In this document: positions 31,404 through 42,885 of the stretch, one piece after another | Layout of the letters: every line of letters begins with the position of its first letter | Numbering within the stretch: the first letter of the stretch is position 1 | Assembly (NCBI GenBank): GCA_031414775.1 | Contig: JANOQI010000054.1 | Span: forward strand, 32,001 to 96,000 | Direction: 5' to 3' | From: Synechococcales cyanobacterium VAR_4_metabat_354 | Lineage (GTDB): Bacteria > Cyanobacteriota > Cyanobacteriia > Cyanobacteriales > Chamaesiphonaceae | DNA: 64,000 nucleotides | Notes under the pieces: model-generated | Told to the model about the DNA's origin: nothing | The model's input: only the letters and a program-made list of their open reading frames with translations | Database searches by the model: none | Position numbers and translations under genes: made by a program

Positions 31404-32090
31404 CTAGTTAGACTGACGACGCATCATCAACAGCTGCACGAGTTGCATTACAGCGGAAATAGTACTCGCCACATAGGTTAAGGCGGCTGCGCTCAACACT
31501 TTTTTAGCCGCCTTATTTTCTTCACCTTGCAAAATGCCTAAATCATTGATGATATTTAAGGCTCGGCGGGAAGCATCAAATTCTACGGGTAAAGTCACGA
31601 TGTGAAATAGTACTGCTGCTGCAAATACCACAATTCCCACATTGAGGAGGGTGTTACCTAAAAACGGACTGGCCGCAGTTAAAAATAAACCACCCATGAC
31701 CAACAATGGGCCAAACTGGCTACCAATATTAGCGACTGGTACCAAAGCTGCCCGCAGATTCATCGGCTTGTAACCTTGCACATCTTGCAGCACATGACCG
31801 CACTCATGAGCGGCAATCGCCGCAGCTGATAATGAGCTAGATCCGTATACCCCTTCAGAAAGACGCACTGCTCGGGCGGATGGGTCGTAATGATCACTAA
31901 GTTGGCCGCCTACTGGTTCAACATTCACATCATTCACCCCCATCTTTTGGAGAATTGTCTGAGCGACTTCAGCACCAGTCATCCCCAAACTAGAATTCAC
32001 CTCGGAATACTTATAGTAGGTATTTTTGACATGGAACTGTGACCACATCATCAGTGCAGCAGGAATTATCAAAAGTAAATAGTAACCCAT
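31404..32090 (-). CDS. Membrane zinc metallopeptidase (YugP-like)
   Basis: LSDHYDP, AAHECGH (HExxH), TLPVEFDAS and AAALTYVA motifs. Confidence 0.9.
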   Translation of the reverse strand: MGYYLLLIIPAALMMWSQFHVKNTYYKYSEVNSSLGMTGAEVAQTILQKMGVNDVNVEPVGGQLSDHYDPSARAVRLSEGVYGSSSLSAAAIAAHECGHVLQDVQGYKPMNLRAALVPVANIGSQFGPLLVMGGLFLTAASPFLGNTLLNVGIVVFAAAVLFHIVTLPVEFDASRRALNIINDLGILQGEENKAAKKVLSAAALTYVASTISAVMQLVQLLMMRRQSN

Positions 32091-32239
32091 AAGCTCCTTT
32101 GCGATTAATCAAACTAACTTAAATTCAATATTTTTATCCTAACAGCTGTATTTCGCTTGCTAGAGTAATGTTTACCCTACTTCATGGATGGGTATTGATA
32201 CATTTGTGTCGCTAATTACCTCTTGCCAGGCAAGGTCAA

Positions 32240-34270
32240 TTACGATTTTTTTATATCTGCTGTCGATCGACTACCGGTCAAATTCTCGCGCAACTGCTTA
32301 ATTCGATCGCGTAACTTCGCTGCCAACTCAAACTCCATTTCCTTCGCCGCCGCCTTCATCTCCGTCTCCAACTGCTTAATCACCCCCGGAATCTGATCCA
32401 ACGATAACTCTTCAATATTTTCAATCACCGCTTCAATCTGCTGACTATTCAAGCGCCGTGATACATCCAAGAATTGCAAAATTCCATTGCTCTTCCCCTT
32501 GCTCTGCACCGACTGCGGCGTAATGTTATTCAGATTGTTATGCGCTGTCTGAATTCCCCGCCTTCTTTCTGTCTCCTCGATCGCTCTCGTCATACTGTCT
32601 GTCATATTGTCGGCATAAAGGATCGCCTGTCCGTTGACATGCCGTGCCGCCCGCCCAATTGTTTGAATCAAAGACCGCTCCGATCGCAAGAAACCTTCCT
32701 TATCCGCATCCAAAATCGCCACCAAAGATACCTCTGGCAAATCCAAACCCTCCCGCAACAAATTCACCCCAATTAATACATCAAATTCCCCATTGCGTAG
32801 AGCTTGAATAATTTCAATTCGTTCGATCGATTGAATTTCGGAATGCAAATACCTGACCCGTACCTGTCGTTCTTGAAAATACTCTACTAAATCTTCGGCC
32901 ATCCGCTTCGTAAGTGTAGTGATTAAAACTCGTTCTTGCCGTTCCGTCCGACCATGAATTTCTGCTAACAGATCGTCGATCTGACCAGTTGTGGGTCGCA
33001 CAAAAATCTCCGGGTCAATTACCCCGGTCGGTCGAATCACCTGCTCAGCGATCCGATCGCCAGACAAGTCCAATTCCCAAGCCGCTGGAGTAGCTGAGAC
33101 AAAAATGCACTGATTCACCTTGCCCCAAAATTCATCAGGCTTCAACGGTCGATTGTCCGCCGCACTGGGCAAACGGAAACCGTGGTCGATCAGTGTTTTC
33201 TTACGGGCTTGGTCACCGTTATACATCCCTCGAATCTGCGGCACACTCACATGGGATTCATCAACTACCAGCACCCAATCATCCGGGAAATAATCCACTA
33301 AACATTCTGGTGGTGCCCCGGCAGCACGACGAGCCAAGTGTCGCGAGTAATTCTCCACTCCATTGCAATAACCCACTTCTCCCAGCATTTCCAGATCGTA
33401 GCGAGTGCGTTGATCAATGCGCTGGGCTTCCAGGAGTTTACCCAAACCTTCCAACGTCAGCTTCTGTTCATTCAGCTCATTACGAATATCTTCGATCGCC
33501 TGTTCCAAGGTTTCTTCCGGGGTCACAAAGTGACGAGCGGGATAGATATTTAAGCCCGAGATAGTTTGCATGACGGCACCGGTTACCGGATCGACATAGC
33601 GAATCGCGTCGATTTCGTCCCCAAAAAACTCGATGCGTACAATCCGGTCTTCGTAAGCTGGACCGATTTCTAACACATCACCCCGCACCCGAAATTTACC
33701 TCGTCCCATCTCAATGTCATTACGGGTATATTGCACCGCTACCAGCTGCTTCAACACTTCACCCATATTGATTTCCATCCCCACTTGAAAGGGAATGGAG
33801 GCTTTCAGATATTCAGCCGGTGTTCCCAAGCCATAGATACAACTAATCGAAGCCACTACAATTACATCGCGCCGCTCAAATAGCGATCGAGTAGCGGAGT
33901 GACGCAGCATATCAATTTCTTCATTGATCGCCGAGGTTTTTTCAATATAAGTATCAGTGACCGGAATGTAGGCTTCCGGCTGGTAGTAGTCGTAGTAAGA
34001 AATGAAATATTCGACAGCGTTGTGGGGGAAGAACTGCCGAAATTCGTTGCAGAGCTGGGCGGCCAGGGTTTTGTTGTGAGCTAGGACTAGAGTTGGTTTA
34101 CCATAGGCGGCAATGGCCGAGGCGATCGTGAAGGTTTTACCAGTCCCGGTCGCCCCCAATAGGGTTTGATATTGCTGATTAGTTTGGAGATTGGCCAAGA
34201 GTTGTTCGATCGCTTTCGGTTGATCGCCAGTAGGACTAAAGGGAGCTTCGAGGATGAAGGGGCTATCCAT
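32240..34270 (-). CDS. uvrB: Excinuclease ABC subunit B
   Basis: [38 protein letters not shown] motifs and C-terminal UVR domain. Confidence 0.97.
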   Translation of the reverse strand: MDSPFILEAPFSPTGDQPKAIEQLLANLQTNQQYQTLLGATGTGKTFTIASAIAAYGKPTLVLAHNKTLAAQLCNEFRQFFPHNAVEYFISYYDYYQPEAYIPVTDTYIEKTSAINEEIDMLRHSATRSLFERRDVIVVASISCIYGLGTPAEYLKASIPFQVGMEINMGEVLKQLVAVQYTRNDIEMGRGKFRVRGDVLEIGPAYEDRIVRIEFFGDEIDAIRYVDPVTGAVMQTISGLNIYPARHFVTPEETLEQAIEDIRNELNEQKLTLEGLGKLLEAQRIDQRTRYDLEMLGEVGYCNGVENYSRHLARRAAGAPPECLVDYFPDDWVLVVDESHVSVPQIRGMYNGDQARKKTLIDHGFRLPSAADNRPLKPDEFWGKVNQCIFVSATPAAWELDLSGDRIAEQVIRPTGVIDPEIFVRPTTGQIDDLLAEIHGRTERQERVLITTLTKRMAEDLVEYFQERQVRVRYLHSEIQSIERIEIIQALRNGEFDVLIGVNLLREGLDLPEVSLVAILDADKEGFLRSERSLIQTIGRAARHVNGQAILYADNMTDSMTRAIEETERRRGIQTAHNNLNNITPQSVQSKGKSNGILQFLDVSRRLNSQQIEAVIENIEELSLDQIPGVIKQLETEMKAAAKEMEFELAAKLRDRIKQLRENLTGSRSTADIKKS

Positions 34271-34498
34271 AATCGATTTTCTTAAGTAAAGGCTACGCCA
34301 ACAAGAACTGCGTTAGTTTGTACTATTTTAGCATTACCGAATTTAATGCAGTGGCTCATCCGGATCTTTTCAGTCATTGACCATCAAAGACTTACTCTTT
34401 CAAGACTAGTTCTATCCTAGCCCATTCTTTTAATCTAGTTGATCTGGATCGACGAGTTGGCTAGTGGATTTAAGGCAAGTTTGCTGTTTGCAGTAAGG

Positions 34499-34978
34499 CT
34501 AGAAATTAAGAACTGAAGCCCAAGCGATCAATATCCCTAAAATAGCGCCCACAATTACCTGAACCGGCGTATGGCCAAGTAACTCTTTAAGGCGCTGCTC
34601 ATTAAAGTGGTGATCCTCAGAAAATAATTCATCCACCATTTGATTCAAAATTTTGGCCTGTTTGCCAGCCGCTTGCCGTACACCAGCCGCATCATACATT
34701 ACGATAATTGCAAAGATGGTCGCGATCGCAAATTCCACACTATCCCAGCCCTTGACTTGGCCAACCCCCGCTGCCAGCGCTGTCACAAAAGCTGAATGAG
34801 CACTGGGCATCCCACCTGTCGTCGTCAGCACACGCAGACTCACTTTTCTATTCTTGATCAGATCAATCATCAGCTTTAATGCCTGCGCAATACCGCAAGC
34901 TGCTAGAGCCACTATCAGTACGTGGTTATTCAAAACAGCACTAATATTTTGAATTGTGGGATCTGCTGAACTGGGCAC
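34499..34978 (-). CDS. Divergent PAP2 family protein (DUF212)
   Basis: TGGMPSAHS, VMYDAAGVR and KELLGHTP motifs; directly downstream of crtE. Confidence 0.9.
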   Translation of the reverse strand: MPSSADPTIQNISAVLNNHVLIVALAACGIAQALKLMIDLIKNRKVSLRVLTTTGGMPSAHSAFVTALAAGVGQVKGWDSVEFAIATIFAIIVMYDAAGVRQAAGKQAKILNQMVDELFSEDHHFNEQRLKELLGHTPVQVIVGAILGILIAWASVLNF

Positions 34979-35041
34979 AAAGCTTACCTGGGGTAGGGAA
35001 TAGAAACAATGTAATACTGGATACTGAATGACAGTAAGCAG

Positions 35042-35968
35042 TTAGTTGCGCCGCGTCGTAATGAAGTCGGCTAAGGCTTGCAGCGGTTGTGCGGCGGCAC
35101 CATAAACATTCAATACTTCTTTAGCAGTAGTGACTAGTGCGGTTGCTTGGCGCTGAGACTCCTCAATTCCCAAGAGCTTGGGATAGGTGGCTTTTTCAGC
35201 TTGGAGATCTTTCCCAGCACTTTTACCCAATTCTTCGGAAGTGGCTGTAATGTCTAAGATATCATCAATGATCTGGAAGGCCAGACCAATGTTTCGAGCA
35301 TATTGAGACAGGCGTTGCAGGTCGTCTGCCACAGCACCAGCAATAATGCCGCCGCAGGCCACGGCTGATTCTAGTAAAGCACCGGTCTTATGGGCATGGA
35401 TATAGCTCAAGGTTTCTAGGGTTACATCGGCCTGACCTTCGGAGGCTAAGTCCACCACTTGGCCTCCCACCAATCCACCAGCACCAGAGGCTTTAGCTAA
35501 ATGCACCACGGCATCAAGGATTCGATCGATCGGCACCGGCACTTGCCTACTTCCTTGCGTCATATGTTCAAAAGCGTAGGCCAACAGACCATCACCAGCG
35601 AGGATGGCAATATCTTCGCCGTAAACTTTATGATTGGTTAATTGACCCCGACGGTAGTCATCATTGTCCATCGCGGGCAAGTCATCATGAATCAGCGACA
35701 TAGTATGAATCATTTCCATCGCACAGGCCGTGGGCATGGCCATTTCGATGTTTCCACCCAGCAATTCGCAACTGGCAATCGTCAAAATTGGCCGCAGTCG
35801 TTTGCCCCCAGCTAACAATGAATAGCGCATTGCTTCATAGATTTTGGCGGGATAGGCTAGCGGCAATGATTTGGCCAATGCGGCTTCCACCTGCGCCTGT
35901 CGATCGATCAGGTAGGGCTGGAGCTGGAAGTTGGTTTGGATGGAAGGTGGATTACTGGTCATTGCCAA
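35042..35968 (-). CDS. crtE: Geranylgeranyl diphosphate synthase
   Basis: [21 protein letters not shown] (FARM), KTGAL and FQIIDDILD (SARM) motifs. Confidence 0.93.
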   Translation of the reverse strand: MAMTSNPPSIQTNFQLQPYLIDRQAQVEAALAKSLPLAYPAKIYEAMRYSLLAGGKRLRPILTIASCELLGGNIEMAMPTACAMEMIHTMSLIHDDLPAMDNDDYRRGQLTNHKVYGEDIAILAGDGLLAYAFEHMTQGSRQVPVPIDRILDAVVHLAKASGAGGLVGGQVVDLASEGQADVTLETLSYIHAHKTGALLESAVACGGIIAGAVADDLQRLSQYARNIGLAFQIIDDILDITATSEELGKSAGKDLQAEKATYPKLLGIEESQRQATALVTTAKEVLNVYGAAAQPLQALADFITTRRN

Positions 35969-36042
35969 AAGTCACAGATTTCATATTCCATCATTTTAAA
36001 GGGCTTTGGCGCTGTTTGGAGACCGGAAAACTTAGCCATCAG

Positions 36043-36465
36043 TTAACGTGGCGTTAACTTTAAATATCTGCGCACTAGCAAAATAGCGACCAAATCATCG
36101 ATCGGACGGGGTGGTAAGCGCATTCCTGGGGGAATAATTTTCTGAAAGCCCTGGGCTGGGTACATTTCCCAGTAGAGATCCCTCGCTTCTAAGGTGCTGT
36201 GATGTTCATCGACGGGTGTGATCAAGAGCTGTGGCAACTCTGTTTGTAATTGAGTTTGCCACTGTCTAGATGTTGTCCCATCGCCTATCACCACCTGCGT
36301 TACTGACCACTGTGCCGCCAGCATTTTAATTTGTTCCACGACGGTGGCAGTGGGAATCACTTCGTGGTACTGGGCTTGTCCTTGGTCATCGACGATGGCC
36401 ACTCCACATTTATCTTTACCGGGATCAAAACCTAGATACATCATACGCACGCCTTCTGGATTCAT
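36043..36465 (-). CDS. YqgF/RuvX-like RNase H-fold protein
   Basis: GFDPGKDKCG, VIGDGT, VDE..STLEAR and PIDD motifs. Confidence 0.82.
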   Translation of the reverse strand: MNPEGVRMMYLGFDPGKDKCGVAIVDDQGQAQYHEVIPTATVVEQIKMLAAQWSVTQVVIGDGTTSRQWQTQLQTELPQLLITPVDEHHSTLEARDLYWEMYPAQGFQKIIPPGMRLPPRPIDDLVAILLVRRYLKLTPR

Positions 36466-36535
36466 CAGCCTTGACTAATCAGTTCCCAACTAGTGACAAT
36501 CTTTAGAATACCTGGCCTGAGTAAAAGAAAAATTC

Positions 36536-37426
36536 ATGAAAGTAGCAATCACCGGAGCCACTGGCTTCGTCGGTAGTCGGTTAGTCGAAAAATTATTGGC
36601 GCGGGGCGATGAGGTTGTAGTATTGACCCGGAATCCAGCCGCTGCCCACAAGTTAGCAGCTACCAAAATTGTGCAGTACCGACCGCTGGAAAGTGGCGAC
36701 TGGCAGCAAGAAATTTCTGGCTGCGACGCAGTGGTTAATTTGGCAGGGGAGCCGATCGCCGAGAAACGCTGGACAACCGAGCAGAAAAAAGTAATTTTGG
36801 AGAGCCGCAAACTTGGCACCCAAAAAATTGTGGAAGCGATCCAACAGGCCGCATCCCCACCCCAGGTTTTAATTAATGCTTCGGCGATTGGTTTCTACGG
36901 TATTAGTGATACGGCCAAGTTTGATGAATCTAGCCCCTCTGGTAGTGATTTCTTAGCTGAAGTTTGTCGAGAGTGGGAAACGGCGGCACAGCAAACTACT
37001 GCGCGGTTGGTAATGCTGCGGTTAGGTGTGGTGCTGGGAAATGGTGGTGCTTTAGCCAAAATGATCCCAGCTTTCAAAATGTTTATGGGCGGTCCGATCG
37101 GATCTGGCGATCAATGGTTTTCTTGGGTACACCTAGATGATGTGGTGGGAATGATCCTAGCGGCTCTGGACGACCAAACCATGTCGGGCGTGTTTAATGC
37201 CACCGCCCCACAACCAGTCAGCATGAAAGAATTATGCCAACAGCTGGGCGAGGTGATGGGGCGACCATCCTGGATGCCTGTGCCCAGTTTCGTCTTAGAG
37301 GCGATGCTCGGTGACGGGGCGACGGTCGTACTGGAAGGTCAACAGGTATTACCAACGGCTGCCTTAAGCCGAGGTTTTTCTTTCCAATACCCGCAAATTA
37401 CTGCCGCTTTGAGATCGATCATCTAA
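36536..37426 (+). CDS. TIGR01777-family NAD-dependent epimerase/oxidoreductase
   Basis: ITGATGFVG, VNLAGEPI, ASAIGFYG, GGPIGSG.QWFSW and FNATAP motifs. Confidence 0.9.
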   Translation: MKVAITGATGFVGSRLVEKLLARGDEVVVLTRNPAAAHKLAATKIVQYRPLESGDWQQEISGCDAVVNLAGEPIAEKRWTTEQKKVILESRKLGTQKIVEAIQQAASPPQVLINASAIGFYGISDTAKFDESSPSGSDFLAEVCREWETAAQQTTARLVMLRLGVVLGNGGALAKMIPAFKMFMGGPIGSGDQWFSWVHLDDVVGMILAALDDQTMSGVFNATAPQPVSMKELCQQLGEVMGRPSWMPVPSFVLEAMLGDGATVVLEGQQVLPTAALSRGFSFQYPQITAALRSII

Positions 37427-37551
37427 CTAAAATTTATAACCTTTCGGTAAACAACACTCTGGCCATTCGGCTTGCCCGATATTGCTCTGGGCAAGCCTAG
37501 CGTAGATTTAGAAGAATCACTACATCGCCTCTCAAATAGACTGTGCGGTAG

Positions 37552-37567
37552 GTACGGTAAACCACCC
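37552..37567 (+). promoter_or_regulatory. K-box-like element upstream of dnaK
   Basis: GTACGG-TAAA-CCACCC, two mismatches to the cyanobacterial K-box GTTCGG-NNAN-CCNNAC. A second similar copy, TTTCGG-TAAA-CAACAC, lies at 37442-37457. Confidence 0.45.
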
Positions 37568-37752
37568 TTCAAAAAAATCCTCAATCAAACCAGGATAGGG
37601 TTGGTAAGTGCAGTTGCAGACCAACTGTCATTAACGCAGTTTCTCCTCATAGAGAATCGCTTGTCGCCGCATCATGGCCAATTAGCCCTGTTCTGGGGTG
37701 GCAAATAGTAAACCCAACTGTCATATAGATAAAAAGGAATAGTTAAAGCTTT

Positions 37753-39648
37753 ATGGGAAAAGTCGTAGGCATTGATTTAGGAACAACCAACTCTTGCGTA
37801 GCAGTAATGGAAGGTGGCAAACCCACTGTAATTGCTAACGCTGAGGGCTTCCGCACTACCCCTTCCGTGGTTGCTTTTGCTAAGAATGGCGATCGGCTGG
37901 TCGGGCAGATTGCTAAGCGGCAAGCGGTAATGAACCCCGAAAACACATTTTATTCGGTTAAGCGTTTTATCGGTCGGCGCTTTGACGAGATTACTAACGA
38001 AGCCACCGAAGTTGCTTACAAAGTTTTGAACGAAGGCAATAGCGTTCGGATCGACAGTAATGGCAAGAAGTACGCCCCGGAAGAAATTTCAGCCTTGGTA
38101 CTACGCAAGCTGGTCGATGATGCCAGCAAGTACTTAGGTGAAACTGTTACCCAGGCCGTAATTACAGTTCCAGCTTACTTCAACGATTCTCAGCGGCAAG
38201 CCACCAAAGATGCTGGTAAGATTGCTGGGATCGAAGTGCTGCGGATTATCAACGAGCCAACTGCTGCTTCTTTGGCCTATGGTCTCGACAAAAAGAGCAG
38301 TGAAACCATCTTGGTATTTGACTTAGGTGGCGGTACTTTCGACGTATCCCTATTAGAAGTAGGTGATGGTGTATTTGAAGTACTTTCTACCTCCGGCGAT
38401 ACCCACTTAGGTGGTGATGACTTCGATAAAAAGATCGTAGACTTCATGGCCGATGACTTTGCTCGGAAAGAAGGCATTGACCTTCGCAAAGACCGTCAAG
38501 CCCTGCAACGCCTCACTGAGGCCGCAGAAAAAGCCAAGATTGAGCTGTCTAGTGTGACCCAGGCTGATATCAACCTGCCCTTTATCACAGCTACTCAGGA
38601 TGGGCCAAAACATTTAGACCTCACCTTGACCAGAGCTAAGTTTGAAGAAATTTGTGCTGATTTGATCGATCGATGCCGCGTGCCCGTAGAAAACGCTGTC
38701 CGCGATGCCAAAATCGACAAAAGCAAAATTGATGAAATCGTACTAGTTGGTGGTTCGACCCGGATTCCAGCAGTCCAAGAAGTCGTCAAAAAAGTGTTGG
38801 GTAAAGACCCTAACCAAACCGTAAACCCTGACGAAGTAGTAGCTGTCGGTGCTGCTGTACAAGCGGGCGTACTAGCTGGAGAAGTTAAAGACATTCTCTT
38901 ACTAGATGTTACCCCGTTGTCCTTGGGCGTTGAAACCTTAGGTGGTGTAATGACTCGGATCATTCCCCGCAACACGACGATCCCTACCAAAAAGTCTGAA
39001 ACCTTCTCGACAGCAGTGGATGGCCAAAGCAATGTCGAAATCCATGTGCTGCAAGGTGAGCGGGAAATGTCCAAAGACAACAAGTCCTTAGGAACCTTCC
39101 GTTTAGATGGTATTCCACCCTCACAACGCGGTGTACCGCAAATCGAAGTCACTTTCGACATCGATGCCAACGGCATCTTAAGCGTCATTGCTAAAGATAA
39201 GGGCACCGGCAAAGAACAGACTATCAGTATCACCGGTGCTTCTACTCTCGACAAAAACGAAGTAGAAAGAATGGTAACGGAAGCTGAGCGGAATGCTTCC
39301 TCTGATAAAGAGTTAAAAGATAAAGTAGAACGGAAAAACCAAGCTGATTCTCTTTGCTATCAGGCTGAAAAACAGTTAGAAGAACTGGGTGATAAAGTTC
39401 CAGTCGCTGACAAGACTAAGTTAGAAGGCTTAATCAAGGAATTGAAAGAAGCTGTCACCAAGGAAGATGATGCTGATATTCAGCGATTGACTCCTGAAGT
39501 TCAACAGACCCTTTATACGATCGGTAGCAATATCTATCAACAGTCTAGTCCTGGCGACGCTGGCACCCCTCCTGATGATGCCGCTACACCGCCAAGCGGT
39601 GGTGATGATGTGATCGATGCAGAGTTTTCTGAATCAGACAACAAATAA
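37753..39648 (+). CDS. dnaK: Molecular chaperone DnaK (DnaK2-type)
   Basis: [34 protein letters not shown] motifs and C-terminal [10 protein letters not shown]. Confidence 0.98.
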   Translation: MGKVVGIDLGTTNSCVAVMEGGKPTVIANAEGFRTTPSVVAFAKNGDRLVGQIAKRQAVMNPENTFYSVKRFIGRRFDEITNEATEVAYKVLNEGNSVRIDSNGKKYAPEEISALVLRKLVDDASKYLGETVTQAVITVPAYFNDSQRQATKDAGKIAGIEVLRIINEPTAASLAYGLDKKSSETILVFDLGGGTFDVSLLEVGDGVFEVLSTSGDTHLGGDDFDKKIVDFMADDFARKEGIDLRKDRQALQRLTEAAEKAKIELSSVTQADINLPFITATQDGPKHLDLTLTRAKFEEICADLIDRCRVPVENAVRDAKIDKSKIDEIVLVGGSTRIPAVQEVVKKVLGKDPNQTVNPDEVVAVGAAVQAGVLAGEVKDILLLDVTPLSLGVETLGGVMTRIIPRNTTIPTKKSETFSTAVDGQSNVEIHVLQGEREMSKDNKSLGTFRLDGIPPSQRGVPQIEVTFDIDANGILSVIAKDKGTGKEQTISITGASTLDKNEVERMVTEAERNASSDKELKDKVERKNQADSLCYQAEKQLEELGDKVPVADKTKLEGLIKELKEAVTKEDDADIQRLTPEVQQTLYTIGSNIYQQSSPGDAGTPPDDAATPPSGGDDVIDAEFSESDNK

Positions 39649-39674
39649 TTCATTTCATCTGACTGGAAATCTTT

Positions 39675-39701
39675 ATCCCACTGCCTAGGCAGTGGGATTT
39701 T
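39675..39701 (+). terminator. Intrinsic terminator of dnaK
   Basis: Perfect palindrome ATCCCACTGCCT-AGGCAGTGGGAT followed by Ts. Confidence 0.8.
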
Positions 39702-39845
39702 GTATCTTAATGCTACTAAACACCATCAAACTCATCAACTGGTAGTGGATTTGATACTCCAACGCATTATGATATGAATTACTGATGACTAAAATAGTTT
39801 ATTAACAAAGTCCAGAGTGCTATAATTGCGACGTTAAGAGTATGT

Positions 39846-39948
39846 ATCGGTTAAATTGTTTGTTTCTAGTATTGACGAGTTTTTTACGTTCTGCATTGGC
39901 AGCCTTCTCTCCGAAATCTCACTCTCTACACCATTCTGATTTTGGAGA
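39846..39948 (+). promoter_or_regulatory. rbp-gene 5' leader with conserved boxes
   Basis: TTTGTTTCTAGT (39859-39870, box II type), TCTCCGAA (39908-39915, box I type), ATCGGTTA (box III-like) and RBS TTTGGAGA (39941-39948). Confidence 0.75.
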
Positions 39949-39954
39949 AAATAT

Positions 39955-40263
39955 ATGTCAATTTATGTAGGTAACCTATCCTATGAGGTTAAAGAAGCTG
40001 ATCTGAGCGCTGTTTTTGCAGAGTACGGATCGGTTAAGCGGGTACAGTTGCCCACTGACCGCGAAACTGGTCGCATGCGCGGCTTTGGTTTTGTGGAAAT
40101 GAGCACTGATGCTGAAGAAGACGCTGCTATCGCTGCTTTAGACGGAGCAGAATGGATGGGGCGCGACTTGAAAGTTAACAAGGCTAAGCCTCGCGAAGAC
40201 CGAGGTTCTGGTGGTGGCGATCGCCGTGGTGGCGGTGGCGGCGGTTTTAACCGTAACTACTAA
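39955..40263 (+). CDS. RRM RNA-binding protein with Gly-rich tail (Rbp family)
   Basis: RNP2 IYVGNL, RNP1 RGFGFVEM and a glycine-rich C-terminus. Confidence 0.95.
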   Translation: MSIYVGNLSYEVKEADLSAVFAEYGSVKRVQLPTDRETGRMRGFGFVEMSTDAEEDAAIAALDGAEWMGRDLKVNKAKPREDRGSGGGDRRGGGGGGFNRNY

Positions 40264-40327
40264 GAAAATATTTTAAGTTAGATAGTCTATCTGCCCTCAG
40301 CTCAGGTCACTCTAACGTAAACTACTG

Positions 40328-40356
40328 GCTCAAGCTCATAAGGCTTGGGTTTTTTT
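40328..40356 (+). terminator. Intrinsic terminator after the rbp gene
   Basis: GCTCAAGC...GCTTGGGT stem followed by a T run. Confidence 0.6.
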
Positions 40357-40476
40357 GTATGTGAAAATACTTTTTTTGATCGATGCCTCGCTGCGGAATC
40401 GATGAGTTATTCGCAAATGCGGCGATAGCTAGCAATTTTGTTAAGATAAAGCCATTGCAATCTGTTTTAGAAAGAT

Positions 40477-41496
40477 ATGGCTGCTGCCGTTTTTGTTCAA
40501 AATCTTCATAAAAACTACGGTACTACCGTAGCTGTGCAAGATGTCTCTTTCCAAGTAGCATCGGGCGAAATTTTCGGCTTGCTCGGACCCAATGGGGCTG
40601 GTAAAACTACTACTATTCGCTGTCTCTGTACCCTAACGAAACCCGATAGTGGCCGCTTAGAAGTTGCTGGAGTTTCTGTTTTAGAAGATCCGCGATCGGC
40701 ACGCCGTAAGCTGGGCTACGTGGCTCAAGAAGTTGCTTTAGATAAGGTTTTAACTGGGCGGGAGTTATTAGAACTGCAGGCGGCGCTCTACCATCTCCCC
40801 AGAGCCTTAGCCCGCGATCGGATCGAATTTCTTACTGAAGTCCTAGGTTTATCAGACCACATCGACAAAAAAACTGGCATCTATTCTGGTGGTCTCAAAC
40901 GACGGCTAGACCTGGCGGCTGGCTTACTCCATCAACCCGAAGTCCTGATTTTAGACGAACCCACCGTGGGTCTAGATATTGAGAGCCGGGTAGTGGTCTG
41001 GGACTTTTTAAGGCAACTGCGATCGAGTGGCACCACCATCTTAATTACCAGCCATTATCTCGAAGAAATCGATGCTTTAGCCGATCGGGTGGGGATTATT
41101 GATGGCGGCGTGATCATTGCTACTGGCACCCCCAGTGAGTTGAAAGACCGCTTGGGAGGTGATCGGATCACCCTGCGGATTAGGGAGTTTTCACCAGCAG
41201 CAGAGGCAGCTACTGCCAAGGTACTGCTTAACGATTTGCCTTTTGTGCAGAACGTGATCATCAATACCAACCAGGGCAATTCCCTCAATTTGGTAGTACA
41301 AACCGAAAGTGATGCACTGACTACTATTCAGTCCACACTCCAGAGCGCTGGCCTACCCATTTTTGGAATTTCGCAATCGCGTCCCAGTTTGGATGATGTT
41401 TATTTAGCAGCGACTGGTAAAACTTTGATGGATGCCGAACTGTCTGCCGCTGGCAGTCGCGATCTAAAAGCTGAGAAAAAGAAAAGTATGAAATAA
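40477..41496 (+). CDS. ABC transporter ATP-binding protein (DrrA-like)
   Basis: GPNGAGKT, YSGGLKRR, ILDEPT and TSHY motifs. Confidence 0.92.
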   Translation: MAAAVFVQNLHKNYGTTVAVQDVSFQVASGEIFGLLGPNGAGKTTTIRCLCTLTKPDSGRLEVAGVSVLEDPRSARRKLGYVAQEVALDKVLTGRELLELQAALYHLPRALARDRIEFLTEVLGLSDHIDKKTGIYSGGLKRRLDLAAGLLHQPEVLILDEPTVGLDIESRVVVWDFLRQLRSSGTTILITSHYLEEIDALADRVGIIDGGVIIATGTPSELKDRLGGDRITLRIREFSPAAEAATAKVLLNDLPFVQNVIINTNQGNSLNLVVQTESDALTTIQSTLQSAGLPIFGISQSRPSLDDVYLAATGKTLMDAELSAAGSRDLKAEKKKSMK

Positions 41497-41506
41497 CTGC
41501 CATCAA

Positions 41507-42421
41507 ATGGAGTCTGGCAATAATTTTTATCTACTTAATATTATGATTACTAACACTTCTAAAACCTTTGCTGACTGGCAACCCGCTAGTGAAAGTCCCA
41601 ATCTTAGCCAGCCCAATCATTGGAGCGATTTTATTCAAGAAACCGCAGGTTTGACCAAGCGCTTGTTTATTCAGCTCCAGCGCCGCCCCAGTACCCTAAT
41701 TGCTGGCATTATTCAGCCATTGATGTGGCTATTGTTGTTTGGAGCGCTATTTCAAAATATTCCTCAAGATCTATTTGGTGCCAATTATGGTCAGTTTTTG
41801 GGCGCGGGGGTAATTGTATTCACCGCCTTTGTGGGGGCGCTGAATGCTGGGTTACCGGTGATGTTCGATCGAGAGTTTGGCTTTTTAAATCGATTATTAG
41901 TTGCACCCCTGGCTAGTCGTTATTCGATCGTCGCCGCCTCGGCCATCTACATTGTGGCTCTAACTTTTGTGCAAACTTTTGCCATTATCGCACTGAGTGT
42001 GGGATTAGGCTCTGGCTTTCCCGGACTAGTGGGACTAGGTATAATTGCTTTAGTAGTACTAATGTTGGTAGTTGGTGTGACCGCCTTAAGTTTAGGCTTA
42101 ACCTTTGCCCTACCTGGCCATATCGAACTAATTGCCGTTATTTTTGTTACTAACTTGCCATTATTGTTTGCCAGCACCGCTTTAGCCCCCCTCGCTTTTA
42201 TGCCCCCCTGGCTCCAAGTAATCGCTTGTCTCAATCCACTTAGTTATGCGATTGAACCAATTCGTTATTTGTACGTCAATGATCATTGGCAGTGGTCGAG
42301 CGTGGTACTTCAAGCTCCCTGGGGCGCGGTAACTTTCGGCAACTCGTTATTAATCCTATTGGTTTTCGCGGTAGTTGCTTTGTTATCAATTCAGCCATTA
42401 CTACGCCGCCGATTGGCTTAG
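41507..42421 (+). CDS. ABC-2 type transporter permease
   Basis: QPLMWLLLFG, FDREFGFLNRLLVAP and LNPLSYA motifs. Confidence 0.9.
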   Translation: MESGNNFYLLNIMITNTSKTFADWQPASESPNLSQPNHWSDFIQETAGLTKRLFIQLQRRPSTLIAGIIQPLMWLLLFGALFQNIPQDLFGANYGQFLGAGVIVFTAFVGALNAGLPVMFDREFGFLNRLLVAPLASRYSIVAASAIYIVALTFVQTFAIIALSVGLGSGFPGLVGLGIIALVVLMLVVGVTALSLGLTFALPGHIELIAVIFVTNLPLLFASTALAPLAFMPPWLQVIACLNPLSYAIEPIRYLYVNDHWQWSSVVLQAPWGAVTFGNSLLILLVFAVVALLSIQPLLRRRLA

Positions 42422-42460
42422 CATCAGTGTAAAATCGAAAAATGAGTGTGGTTTATTATT

Positions 42461-42775
42461 ATGTCTAAATTCAATTGCTTAGTCGTTGGCTTATTAGTCG
42501 GTAGCAGCTTAACTGCTTTGAGCCAACCCAGTTTTGCCCAAAGCAGCTTTGGTGGCGACTCTCGTGATCCATTTAGTAGTGCCAGCCAGGGTGATAGCAC
42601 CGGTTTGCTCCGACTCCTCAATGGTATCCAAAATGGGAAGCAGACTAGCGAGAAAGACTTTTTATCTCAGCAGCAGGTACAACTTTCTGGCTCTGCTCAA
42701 GATTTTCGGTCTCAGCAACTCCGTCGCCTGCGTGAAAAGAAACAGCAGCCTCAACAGCTAAAAAAACAACCTTAA
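42461..42775 (+). CDS. Hypothetical exported protein
   Basis: Signal peptide ending PSFA|Q; Q-rich tail; terminator follows. Confidence 0.6.
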   Translation: MSKFNCLVVGLLVGSSLTALSQPSFAQSSFGGDSRDPFSSASQGDSTGLLRLLNGIQNGKQTSEKDFLSQQQVQLSGSAQDFRSQQLRRLREKKQQPQQLKKQP

Positions 42776-42797
42776 TGGTTGGTTTTATGACAAAGCA

Positions 42798-42830
42798 AGT
42801 CGGTGGGAAAATATCCCCACCGACTGTTTT
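42798..42830 (+). terminator. Intrinsic terminator
   Basis: AGTCGGTGGG...CCCACCGACT stem followed by GTTTT. Confidence 0.75.
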
Positions 42831-42885
42831 ATAACAGGCTGAGCTGCTGCTATAGTAGTTGTTCGTCCGTTATGGAGACAGAACT

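Noticed and set aside
34300..34335. Possible LexA box upstream of uvrB (AGTACAAACTAAC on the minus strand)
   Set aside because: The second half-site does not fit the cyanobacterial RGTAC-N3-DGTWC consensus.
38277..39254. Long antisense ORFs within dnaK
   Set aside because: Well-known antisense shadow of hsp70 genes; no independent evidence of coding.
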